From the NCBI RefSeq assembly GCF_009834535.1, contig NC_045696.1:56544001-56608000 (forward strand): a stretch of 64,000 bases of DNA, given 5' to 3'. The position numbers and the translations under genes were made by a program. Positions 52,929 through 64,000 of the stretch are shown piece after piece. Each line of letters starts with the position of its first letter. The first letter of the stretch is position 1. Below the pieces are notes generated by a model. The model was not told the DNA's origin and ran no database searches. It worked only from the letters and a program-made list of their open reading frames with translations. The stretch is from Camelus ferus. Taxonomy: Eukaryota.

Positions 52929-53689
52929 CCCTTGCCATGCTTTCACTTTTCTGTGACAAAGTGACCATTAATTAGTTCATAGGCATGGCTTGTAATGTTT
53001 AAGGAATGAATGGGAATTTAGCAAAGTTAGAATGACTTGCTGATTCTAAAAATAATAGGGCAAGATTTTCTGTCAAGGATTAAACTATTCTTACTAGATC
53101 AAGAGCTCAGTACCTGAACTGATTTGTAAATTCTGTGGTCCCTCAGGATCTAAAATCCAGAAAAAGTTAAGTATATTCCCTTAAGATCTTAAGAAAGATA
53201 TTTAATCATAGGATTTTAGAGATCAAAGGAACACCAAAGATTATATATTGTAGACCTCTCACTTCTGGACCTGGAAAAGGAGACTTAGAGAAAGCTTTTG
53301 TTCAAGGTTACATGGTATTCTGGTAGCAAAGCTAGAGCTTGAATAGTTGGGTTCTCCTAGGTTTATATTTCTCCAACAATGTTGTCCGTAGCACATATCA
53401 GAAGTGATACAACTAGCATATTTGATAAATGAGTTTTACCGCGATGCTTAATTATTGACAAAGTGGAGGCATTTCACAGAACAAATCACATCCAGGTTTC
53501 TTCAGGTCTCAGTTTCAATCGACTGTGTTTCTGAAATGCAAATATGTTTATACTAGCATTTCTTGCTCCACATAGAAAGCAAACTTAGCTGGGATGCTCC
53601 TTATTCTCTCTTACACATGGTCCTATTAGTACCCAATTTAGAAAAATATAAAAGAATAAAAAATAAGAATAGAAATGATAATAGAAGTA

Positions 53690-54340
53690 TTATATATCTT
53701 AAGGCTCGCAGTTATAAGCGTCAGAACCTGACTCTGGTTGATTAAGCAGAAAAGTAATTTACAAGAGTTTGTGTAGCTCACTAAAGTGTCGGGAAGGCTA
53801 GAATCAGGCCTGAGGATAAGCTTTCAGAAACAATGCCCCAAATTTTAGGATGAGTCGGCTGAGAAAACCACTACAGTTGCAAATACCAAGCCCTGGATGC
53901 CATAGCGGACTAGATGCTTACAGGAACTTGGCTCTACTGAAACTACAGTTGCCACCAGCACCAAAGCTGTCTGTGTCCAGAACACACCCGCTGTGAATGA
54001 CACCTGCTGGAATTGTGCGGTGTGTTGGTACTGATCCAGTCACGGGAGCTCAGTTACAACCCTCCTGATCCTGACAGCCAATCACCCAGCTCACCAGTCT
54101 TTAGCAGCAAAATGGATTCTGTGCAAAGCTTCTTTCTTCAAGCAGGCATCTGCTGTGCTTTGGAAATGTATACCTGATGTATTCTGGCTCTTACCTGCTA
54201 GCTGTAAGTGAGGGGCTGGGGATGCAAGTTTTCTGTTTTCTATCTTGGAGATCCAGGGCTCTGAATGTGGAAACTTCCCCAAATATAGCAACAGTGTTCA
54301 GGTACCAAGCAACTAGAAAGGTTGCCAATGTTTTCTACAT
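53690..54340 (-). mobile_element. Ancient LTR (LTR78 / MLT1M-like)
   Basis: gcagttataagcgtcagaacctgactctggttgattaagcagaaaag start; degenerate. Confidence 0.5.
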
Positions 54341-54406
54341 TTAATAAATTAAAATTGGCAAACAAAGAAGCTGAAGTGCCCACGGAGATGCATGGGGACC
54401 ATCCAT

Positions 54407-54881
54407 TGTGCTAGTTATTCTCCATTTACCCCTCTAAATCCACTTTCCATCCTTCTCTACCCTGCACTGTGCCGCTGGAGGCTGACTTATATGGACTGTG
54501 TCAACCAGCTTCCTTGCCCTCTGTCTCCAGTTGGGTTTGGCTAGTGAGAGGAGTTGGCAGAAGATGGGACAGTAGCAGAAGGGCAAGGTTTGGGCATTTC
54601 GTACGCCAGTTCTCTTCTGGCTGGGTTGTGACCAGAAGGCCCCTGTTTCACTCCTGAAGGTCCCTGTTGGGTGACTCTCTCCTACAACTGGAGTTCTGGC
54701 CACCACTCCTTTCTCCTGCCCCTCCAGGCCCAGTGGCTCCCATCACTGCTGGCTGGGGCACTTACCCATCCCTTGTGACTTCCCTTACCCCTTTCCACAT
54801 CTTGTAAATACCTTCTTCAAACTCTCCCCAATTATCCTATTTGCATGTTCTATCAGTTCCCTGCCAGGATCCCAAATAACA
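54407..54881 (+). mobile_element. ERVL LTR33A-like solo LTR
   Basis: tgtgctagttattctccatttacccctctaaatccactttccatccttctctaccctgcactgtgcc...ccttgccctctg...gttgggtttgg. Confidence 0.85.
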
Positions 54882-55959
54882 AATGCATCCATCCCCACTG
54901 CGACACAGGCCTCACCTTATTTTCTCATCTCACCAATAAAATTACTGAGTGTTTGTTTCCTTTTGTTTTTTTTCTCAAACCCAAATCACTGATTAATTGA
55001 ATTAGATAAAGACAATATTTTAAAACACGACAGTAGGAGAAACATATCATTAAGATTTTCAAAATTTATTTTCTATAGCTATAGCCAAGTTTTTTTTCAC
55101 TCCTGGCCATGCATCATAAAAACACTAGAAATCATGAATTTGGGGCTCCATTTCAGACCAGGAGGAGGGAGACCAGGTCATATATATCTTTTTAAAAAGT
55201 GCATCAGCTTATTCTGAGGCAAACTGCAGATAGATGTTAGGACAGAAGGATTCACTGAAACAACACAAAGTGATAAATACTGCTCCCACCTTTACACATA
55301 TTCCAGTGGACATATTTCCTCCTTCAAGAGTATCACAACCCTGAGAAAGCTAAAATTAGTACCCTGAGTGGATTTTTTTTAATAGAGAGAAAAACTGTAC
55401 ATGTCTGAATTCTCATAAAACTCTACAAAGGGCTTCCTTGCTTAAATAGCTGTTTTCCCCGGTTGTTTCTGGTTGATGGCTAACTTGCTCCCACATTCTA
55501 ACAGATGTCTTAGCCATTTCTGTCACCTGTAACATAAAATCCTCTGCACATAAAACCTTTAGTAATAAGATACAGTAATGAAGCCACCAAAATTTCCACT
55601 ATACTCTGCTTAAAAAAACAGAACATCCCAAGAAAACAAGGTCACATGAAGGTAACAAAAGAATCAACTGGCAGTGTAAGTTCAGGCACTCCCCTGCGTC
55701 CACTCTTAGAACCACGTATGTGATCTTCAGAATGATGGATGCACGAACTGCACTATCCTCAGTCTTTAAAAAATTTTTATCATGTTCAATATTTACTAGA
55801 TGTCTTTTATATGCTCAACTTTCCTCCAAGTTTTGTGGGGAATGGAGAATCTATGGAGTTTACCCTTAAAGAGCTTACAATATAATGGAAACAACAGTGA
55901 AAATTATTGAAATCATACTGAATGCTAAATGGTATGGCATTTGATGGAGAGAAGTTCAG

Positions 55960-56430
55960 AGAAATCTAGTATGTTCCCGTATGATACCTATTTCAGTGTT
56001 TCTAATTGGTCATCAAGCTTAGACCAGTCAATCTTGGTGGATGACCTAGGTGGCAACTGTGACCACATCTCTCTTCCCCAGGCTTCTCCTAATATGACTT
56101 AAAATTATTTTTAGCATCTACATCATACAACTGCTTCTACAATGGTTCCACAATAATGATTCTAACACCAGGTTTCTTACCCTGTATGTCTGCAATTCAT
56201 GTTTTGAACTTAAAAATAAAAATTTATAGTCATCCCTATTCCATTATTCTGGTTGTTTGAGGCCCATTGTTCCAGTTTATTAAAATAATTTAGATCCTAT
56301 TTCAATCAGTTAATATTTTAGTTTTCCTTCCCAACCCTGCACCTGAAACTTCAACTTGGATATATCTTAATTATCAGAAATATCAGTGCACTGTGCAGTT
56401 TGTGAAAACTTGTTGTTTATATCTCACTTT
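55960..56430 (-). mobile_element. L3/CR1 remnant
   Basis: Degenerate CR1-like antisense text. Confidence 0.45.
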
Positions 56431-56579
56431 ATCATCAACGTCTCAGTGCAGTGCTCACTCCCTTTCTTACAGGGGCCACTGAAGCTCAGAGCAGCAAGGT
56501 GACTTACTAGCAACTGCAGAGCTATGACAAGGATACATGTCTTGCTGCCTTTTCTATCTTTAGAATATATTTTTAAAAG

Positions 56580-57310
56580 GAGTCGTTTTTCATTTATTGT
56601 TTAATTTTACAGGCAGCACATTAAGTAACATTAACATTGCACAAAACCAAACATCTTAGACTAAGTCAACATCCCCCTTGGCCCTTCTTCCTCTAACCCC
56701 ATGTCCCTCGCCAGAGGTATTCACCCATTTTGGCTTGGGATGTTTTCTTCAAGACTTTTCCCCATGTACTTCTTTACTCCTGGAAATAGTTTATTTGGGG
56801 GGTATCATTTTGTACTTGTTTCTCTGACATTTGCCCTTTTCACTTTATAATATATTTTAGAGCCCTTTCTATGCCAGCATTTGCATATACTACTCATCTT
56901 TTTATCTGATGCACAATGTTCCATTGTAGGGACAAGTGTACCTTATTTAACTTTCCCGCTGCGACAGACATTATTTTTCAGTTTTGTTACTAAAAAAATT
57001 ACTTTAATAAGTATCTTGTACATGACTCTTTGGGTACATGTGTGGGAATCTCTCTAGGCTAGACGCCTGGAAGTGGAACTGAAAAGGTGTATGCTTCTAA
57101 ATTCTTGACAACAAATGCCAAAATTTGCAAAAAGGCCTACCAGTGTATATATCCCTGCCAATGTGTACAAGGGGAGCATTTCCCCACACTTCCAAAAATA
57201 CTGATTAGTACTAATTGTTTTAGGTTTTACTTATCTGAATTGCTCCAATTACTAATGAGTTTGAACATCTTTTTTATTATTTGCTTATTCTTATTCTTTT
57301 CATAATATTC
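56580..57310 (-). mobile_element. Old L1M 3' region
   Basis: gtatcttgtacatgactctttgggtacatgtgtggga...gaagtggaact...ttgctccaattactaatgagtttgaacatc. Confidence 0.75.
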
Positions 57311-57499
57311 TCTCTATTCTGTCTTACAGTGTCTTCATATGCACCTCAAAAAAAAGTGTTGAATATGACAAGAACATGAACAGAGCTACATGTTACAGCC
57401 TTAGAGCCCTTCCTCTGCAATGGGTACGGATCCACTAACAGTTGCGAATGCAACTGTCTGGTCAGCAGTGGATCCCTCTAACCAGAGTACCAACTGGGC

Positions 57500-58900
57500 A
57501 ACATCCCTCTATCTTATTCAAATGAATATTATGAGCATCTTTGCAAAATATCGTGCTGAAAAAAAAAAGATTAATTGTGCCTGGTATTCTTACATTCTAT
57601 CTATCTTTTAGCCCTACCAGAAAATAATATGAGATTAGCTCAGTCTGTCTTACTGGTTAGCTCACAAATGTTTATGTAACATGCATTCTAGAATACTGCA
57701 GAAAGCAATGCTAAGCTCACTCATGCTATAGATTCCATAATCCATTTTTTTTTTCTCCTTTTAGAAGATCTGTATTTTTGCCTCGCTTAGGTTTCTGGCA
57801 CCTGTCCTATTTTCTATTTCCCCGAGACGAGAGGCACTAGGTCTGAGACCTACAGTCTTTTGTTCAGACTGCAAAGCCTGTGTACCAGATCTCTCTGACT
57901 CTCTCCTCATTTAGACTGGGCTTCAATTTATTCTCTGTGATATCTGCTATACCTTTCTCAGTTTGAAGATCATGTTCCTTATTGGATAAGAAAGGAGCAA
58001 TTGAGTAGCTCTGCCTTTTCTCTGTTATCATTTAACAGAATCTTCTCTAAGTCAGCATATCCATCTCTTCATCTTGCTTCTAACTGCATGTGTGTTTTTA
58101 AAGCCCTTTCTGTGGTCCTCACCATTTAGCACTCCTCAGCTAACTCTGGATTTTTGCCTTCTGTCACTTCCTTACAGAATTTTTGTAACTTTCTTATTCA
58201 TCTTGGTTTGTGACCTTTCTCTCATTTTTTTGTATGTATCATTTCAACATATAGACTCACCAGAGAACTCCATGTTGGGTCACATTGGCTTCTGCAGGCA
58301 ATTATTATAGTTCAAAGCTATTTTTTTCTGAGTTTCATAATAAAAAAGTGTATACCTTTTTATTGCCTCTGGCCTTTTGGTATATTTATATTTCTGTGAA
58401 CTTGCTGAAGTTTGCTTTCTTAAAACCTCAATTGCATATCTATTATGACAAAAGGTTTTTTTTTCTATTACACATTCTAGAATGACATGATTGATTCCTT
58501 TCTTCTCCAGGAAGACAAGGACTGTGTTTTATTTCACATGTTTGCTGAAAGATTTCTATCATATAAACATCACCAACGAATCCCTCCTTGCTGGTCAGAG
58601 TGAGTCTAGTATAGCAGTTCCCTTTATCCCTCCTTGTATGTTTTGAAAGATGAAATGATCAGGGAGGCAAGTCAAGAATGTATTAAATTCTAAGACTGTT
58701 GTAGAGATTTTGAACAGATGGCTAAGTAGTTGAAGTAACACATCAATGTTACATCTTGCCTCTGTGACATTTTTACCATTTGATTTAGGAAAGCATCCTA
58801 CAGCTCTCCCATTTAGCCTGGCATTCTTAGCATTCTCCCACAGATAACAGTACTCTCTCCCTCTTATTTAATCCTCTCCGTATGCCATATGCTGTACTAG
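57500..58900 (-). mobile_element. Long L3/CR1 LINE remnant
   Basis: gagtagctctgccttttctctgttatc...gctgaagtttgctttcttaaaacct are typical antisense CR1 ORF2 motifs. Confidence 0.6.
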
Positions 58901-59029
58901 TGGATTCCATGTTTTGCAGTTTTGACACACGGTGGTACTATATATCCATTTTTATCAGATGTTTACATTGAAAAACATATACCATTTCATTGCTTAAGCC
59001 AGTTTCATTTCCCCAAGTCTGAGGAAGAC

Positions 59030-59472
59030 TTAGTAAGTTATATTTATCTGTGTACCACCCATTCCCCTTCAGGAATAAAAGAATTATTACTCAAGCTACT
59101 AGGAATGACACTGAAGCTGGTCTTCACTGGTCATTCAGTGGTCATCAGTCTCTTCGGGGGACTGTCTCAGCTGAAGAGAGCTGCCTTATCTCCCAAGGAC
59201 ATGCCCGTTCCAGGGTGGCCTGCATCCAATGATGTGGGGATAAAAGGCCGGGCCCTCTTGCTTCAGTTCAGCACAGCTCTGCAGGGTCATCCTCAGCATG
59301 GTTGGCCGGGACATTCCTTTGAGACAGCACTGAGACTCCACTTCTCCCTCTGCTCAGTTCTGCTTCTTCCCTTCCAGTTCACAGGTATTGATCCTGGGAG
59401 CATGCCCCAGTAAACTTCGTGAAAGCTAATCTCCATCTCATGGTCTGTTTCCTGAGAAATGCAACCTGGGCA
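59030..59472 (+). mobile_element. ERVL LTR16-like solo LTR
   Basis: 3' end gtaaacttcgtgaaagctaatctccatctcatggtctgtttcctgagaaatgcaacc. Confidence 0.7.
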
Positions 59473-60419
59473 AATTGCTTGTCTTAAAGTTTCAGTTATA
59501 CTGTATTATTTTATGCACTGATACATGGACAATTGAGCTTAAATATTATCCCCAGTCTGGTTCTCTGTTATTTTCTTAGAATCACTGGGCTTCTCTTTCT
59601 CCCACTGTGAATCTCCTTTCGCTGCCATTCATATTAACTTCCATTTACGTGATTTGGAAGTTTCTTCCGAGCCTTTTTCAAACTTCCTTTCAAACTTCAT
59701 ATGGAGCCCTTTGGTTAGTAAGCTTTGTCTCTGAAACATTTTCCTAATCTTTCTAACGTGCATTCCTTGCTTTGCCAGGAATCTGTCATCTTGGTATTAT
59801 AAATCAGAGTTAAGAAGAAAAATATTGACACCATCTTCCGAGATAATTTTTCATTTCCAGTAATCTTAATCCTCCAAAGGCACAATTTTCAAGTGGAAGA
59901 GCTAAGATAGTGCTGGTGCCTGGAGTCCCTCTGCCTGTAACCCTTCCTAACCAGCAGCTCAAGGTCCACTGTCTGAGGGTCTCTTGCTGAGGGGATTCAA
60001 TGTGAGGGCCTGCCTCTCGAGGGAAGGCCCAGTAGGCTCTGTCCTCAGAGGTGTTCTTGGGGGCCAATGAGCCCTGTGTGTCAGTTTGGGTCCTCTGGGA
60101 AGCATGATGGGATAGAGTCAAGAGTTCAAGAGTCAGGATAAGAGAGTGGAAGCAGGCTAGGGCAGGGAGAGATTTCAGACTGTGAAGTAGATCTGATACC
60201 TGTGACATGAATGTAAGGAAGAAGCATAACTGGGCAGGGAGTTGCAGAGCACAGCTGAGCTGCAGATCTAAATACATCTAAGACAATGACCACCTTGTAT
60301 ATACACAACAAAGATATGGCTAGCAATTCAGGCAAAAAGAGAAACAGCACCCACACTCCAAGTCCTACAACCTCCTCCTCAGAAAGCATGCTTTCTCCGT
60401 CTTAAATCCTTCCTCATAA

Positions 60420-60720
60420 ATAAAATAATTTTCTTCATAGTAGTGGCTAACACTTAAGTAGTGATTACTATCCAGGGACTATTCTGATCATCTTATAATT
60501 ATACATGAACCCATTTGCTTTACAACAATAAACTCTATGAGGTAGGTAGTGTTTTCCCCCTAGTAATGGGGGATAGGTACCGTTTTGCAGATAGTGAAAC
60601 AGAGAAAGAGAAGTACAGTGACTTTTCCAAGGTCATATAGCCAGCAAGTGGTGAAGCCAGGGTGTAGATCAAAACAGTCTGGTCCAAGCCCACCTAGGAA
60701 CCCCTAGACTACACTGCCCA
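60420..60720 (-). mobile_element. MIR SINE
   Basis: ctatgaggtaggtagtgtt...gttttgcagatagtgaaacagag...ccaaggtcatatagccagcaagtggtgaagccaggg. Confidence 0.8.
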
Positions 60721-61298
60721 GTAAAAGAGTCATCAAGCCTCCCTCTGGTGCCCCAAGAAAGCTTATAGGAAGACTCAAGAATAGGTGGTTACTTCATACA
60801 ATTTAAGACAAAGAAGGGTCCTGTGCTGGGTGGGATCTCCAATTTGTTTCTCCCAGTGGGAACGAATATTGCTATATGCTAGGCCTCTTCACAAGGGCTA
60901 GGGATTTGCAGCTTCTGAGAATGCTCTTTTAAATCTGAAGTTTGGTTTTCCTCTAAGTTGTTACTTTCCCCTCTCCCTTTCTAAGCAGCCTTGGCCTATT
61001 AGTAAAGCAATTAACACCTGGAAAAGATTTCCCTTCCCCAGTGACATTCTACAATAATTTATTTCTTCCCACCTGTTTGCCAGAACTCTTCCCACCTGTT
61101 TGCCAGTGAGTCTCTCGGTTAAGGGACCTGTGAGAAGCCTCTCACATTCACTTTGGTCTTTTGTAAATTGTTGTTCCTTACCCTTAAGAAACAAGCAAAG
61201 CAGTGAATGCTTAGTAATACATGAATGTGGAAAGAACACTAACTCATTTTAGAAAGACTTTTCTACTGGAAGGTTTTTCCAGTTAACCTTTTGTGAGC

Positions 61299-61650
61299 TG
61301 CTGTTGAGATGAGTTAAGGCCGTGGGACCCAAGGCCACGATCAGAGCATGTTTGTAGTATGCAGTAAATAATTGCTCCACGCATGCGTCAATTATATAAG
61401 ATTTAGAACAAAGAAAATAGAAGTACGCATGTGCTAGAGATATTCTGTAAGCCTAATGAACAAAGAAACTCAGACCGCGCATGTGCTGACAGAAAACAGA
61501 TAAAAGTAGGACAAGTGCATCATAGAGGCACCTCCCTGTGGCAATAAAGTGTTGTTAACCCCATGGTGTCTCCGGCTGAAGTCTGTCCAGCAGTATGGCA
61601 ACTCCTCGTGCATTTTTTCGTTTGGGCCGCTCACCTCCTAGAACCCCACA
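61299..61650 (+). mobile_element. CpG-rich solo LTR, family not recognised
   Basis: TG...CA ends, 5-bp TSD tgagc/tcagc, internal enhancer-like direct repeat, AATAAA at 61543-61548. Confidence 0.75.
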
Positions 61651-62486
61651 TCAGCCTCCCTCAGCTGACACCTTTCATCTCCCATTACCCAGAAACATAA
61701 ATGAACAAGAGTGTCCAATTCTCTGAGCAAGCTGGTCAATTCATATTTTAATGTAAAACGAAATTAATACTTATGATCGTTAATTTTTCTTTAGAGAATC
61801 TATTCACTTTATTAATGTTTCTCCCTATGTCTCTCACATACCTTGTAAGTCTCTCCAGTCCAATTTTGCCTTGTTTGAGAATAGTTTAAGAATTCTTCCC
61901 TGAGTATAAGAAAATGTTAATGGACTTGGTCCATGGGATAAATATCACAAAGGAGCTACTCACTGGGTGAGGAAATCCACATCATTTTTCTCACCTTCTA
62001 AAGCAGGGCAGTTAGAAATCTATGAGGTGCTGGTTTGTGTTCCAGCACTGACTGGGCAATATTGATTGGCCATATTACTGTATAATATATGTTATCAGAT
62101 GCTAGGTTTAACTAAGAACCCAATGTCCTGTCCTTTCACCAAGTTTGTGGATATAATATTTATAAGATTCTTCGAAGCCTGTGGAGCATTTCCTAGGTTC
62201 CAGGGAAGCTTGGATCATGTGTCTCAAATCATGGTCCATGACCACTTACGTTAGATCACCTTAGGAACAGTGTTAAAAAAGGCACAACTGCTGAATGAGA
62301 ATATTCAGAGTTGGGCCCAGGCATGTGCATTTTATAATTCTTAAGCACACCGGAGTTTGAGAACTATAGGCTAGCCACAGTAAATAGTGTAAGTTTAGAA
62401 TCAACTGAGGGTAGACATTTTTGTGGTTATTCACAATCTGGTTCTAAAATTTATGTGGAAAAGCAAAGGAATTAAAATAGTAAAAA

Positions 62487-62803
62487 TGTCACCAGCAAAG
62501 CCCTTTAACAATTCCTGGGAAATCAAAACCAAATCTCAGTAATAAGATAAAATAAGTCTAACCTTTTTTTTCCTTTGTGCTTACCGTAGTTTTACTTGCC
62601 CATAAGGTGCTGCATTCAGAGGCCTCACACCTAGCATTTCAGACCAGCGTTCCCAGTGTGAAATGGCTGCGCTGACACCTCAACTTGGTGGGCCATGTAA
62701 GGAAAGGCCATAATTCAAGATGGCGGTGGCAGGCTGCCTATTGGCTCCAGGGACATGGGCAGGAGGACACTTGCTGGGGTCTGACTCAAAAGGGTCCGTG
62801 ACA
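62487..62803 (+). mobile_element. Putative 5' LTR of an ERV
   Basis: Terminal inverted hexamers TGTCAC...GTGACA; inserted after an L1 ORF2 fragment; followed by a PBS-like sequence. Confidence 0.6.
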
Positions 62804-62808
62804 AATTT

Positions 62809-62826
62809 CGGCACCCCTGGTGGTAC
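62809..62826 (+). other. Primer-binding site, tRNA-Arg(CCT)-like
   Basis: CGGCACCCCTGGTGGTAC versus expected TGGCACCCCAGGTGGGAC (15/18), 5 nt after the LTR-terminal CA. Confidence 0.65.
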
Positions 62827-64000
62827 GGCTGTGGCCTTTTTGCCTGCACCTATCCACTAGGCTCCAGGCTCACCATGGCTCCAACGGGAGAATGGTGGAG
62901 GCTTTGGGAGGTTTGTGTGAGGATGAGCACCTCTGATCTTTGAGTTCACTCTAGCAGGGCAGAACAGTGGCAGCCTTTGGCCAAATTCAGAGCACCTCTG
63001 CCCAGCAACCTGATACCCAGGAATGGTGAGCTCTGTGTAGCCCCTCGTCATCTGTGCCCCCTTGAGGGGATCATTCTGTGGCATCACTGGGGATCAGAGA
63101 CTGAAATGCACGCGTATCTGCACATTGCTACACCGGGGCTTTTTGCCCTTCTTGTTGGAGGTCAACAGTAGCATTCTCCATAGCCACTTTCATTTGGTAA
63201 AGAAAAGTAGCCAGCCTGTGAGCCAAGAGGCCAGGCCAGGAAAAGACCCAGGTAATAAGGACCACGTGACAAAACGGAATGACGACTGCTCCATTCGAGT
63301 TCAGGGAAAGGCACCAGGAATGCCCAAGTGAGAAAGGTTCCCAAGGTAGGTATGTGACTGGTGACTTGACCCTTCCAGTCAACACTAGTTTCTCTGAAAT
63401 GGGCTGAGGAGCCCTGTAAGTCTCTTGCAAGACCAGGAAACACCCACAGCCTGACCTCTGCCCCACTTTTGCTTGTGAAGCAAATCTTGGGTGATTCTTT
63501 ATTGGCTGAGGTTCCCTGGGCTCCCTTCCCTAGAGATCTGGTGAGTACCCCGTGGGAATCCCTCTTACTTTTAGCTCTCACCCAGCAAGAAGTCCTAAAA
63601 CTCCTAAAACTCCTCCTTTTCATCCAAAAGGAGTAAAGAGAAGACCCCCACCTCAGACAGCTGTGCCATTTCCTAATGGACCAAGTAGGGCAAGAACTAA
63701 CTTGGCTAAGCTGCTCTGGCTTGGAGGCTGTCCCATCTAACCTCCTGTGGGACATTCTGACTGAGAAGGGACTTAACTATCTCAAGCACAGGCCATTACG
63801 AATTTAAGGGAGACCCCCCAGTTATATCAGAGTCCACACCATTCGGACACCTCCTATTTTGGTCTTTTGAGGACTCCATTATCAGTTTGGTACTGGTTCC
63901 AAATTTCCTGAACCAGAAATCTTATTTGGGTCAAATCTTGGGTCATGTGTATGCCAACAAATCACTCCAAATGCCCCCTTTGGTAGTTGGAAACAAATCC
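62827..64000 (+). mobile_element. ERV internal leader region (continues beyond the window)
   Basis: Follows the PBS; donor-like TG|GTGAGT at 63539-63546; no intact gag recognised. Confidence 0.5.

Noticed and set aside
58922-60389. 163-aa, 155-aa and 87-aa ORFs
   Set aside because: They overlap LTR16-like and other old LTR sequence, have no protein similarity, and at least the 163-aa ORF uses a non-ATG start.

Overview
Mammalian genomic DNA, probably laurasiatherian. The SINE-free repeat content and one L1 tail sequence hint at a camelid or other cetartiodactyl, but that is only an inference. The one real gene is the 5' end of FSTL1 on the minus strand: a CpG-island promoter at ~13.6-14.9 kb, exon 1 ending in ATG at 14074-14076, a 159-nt intron 1, and exon 2 (13858-13914) encoding the signal peptide. 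Positions 1-13857 are intron 2, and exon 3 onward lies outside the window. The ~50 kb upstream is intergenic. It holds two TSD-flanked processed pseudogenes (ARF1, +; CDK2AP1, -), many old MIR, L2, L3, L1M, MaLR, ERVL and hAT repeats, a CpG-rich solo LTR, and the 5' end of an ERV with a tRNA-Arg-like PBS. Structures not explained by repeats include: a 119-nt fold-back with perfect 32-bp arms whose loop is an inverted copy of sequence 1.75 kb away; two old local duplications, one split by an MLT1B insertion; and a stop-free, in-frame FSTL1 intron 1. I found no convincing novel protein-coding system. All repeat family names and comparisons to known sequences are from memory and need RepeatMasker/BLAST confirmation.
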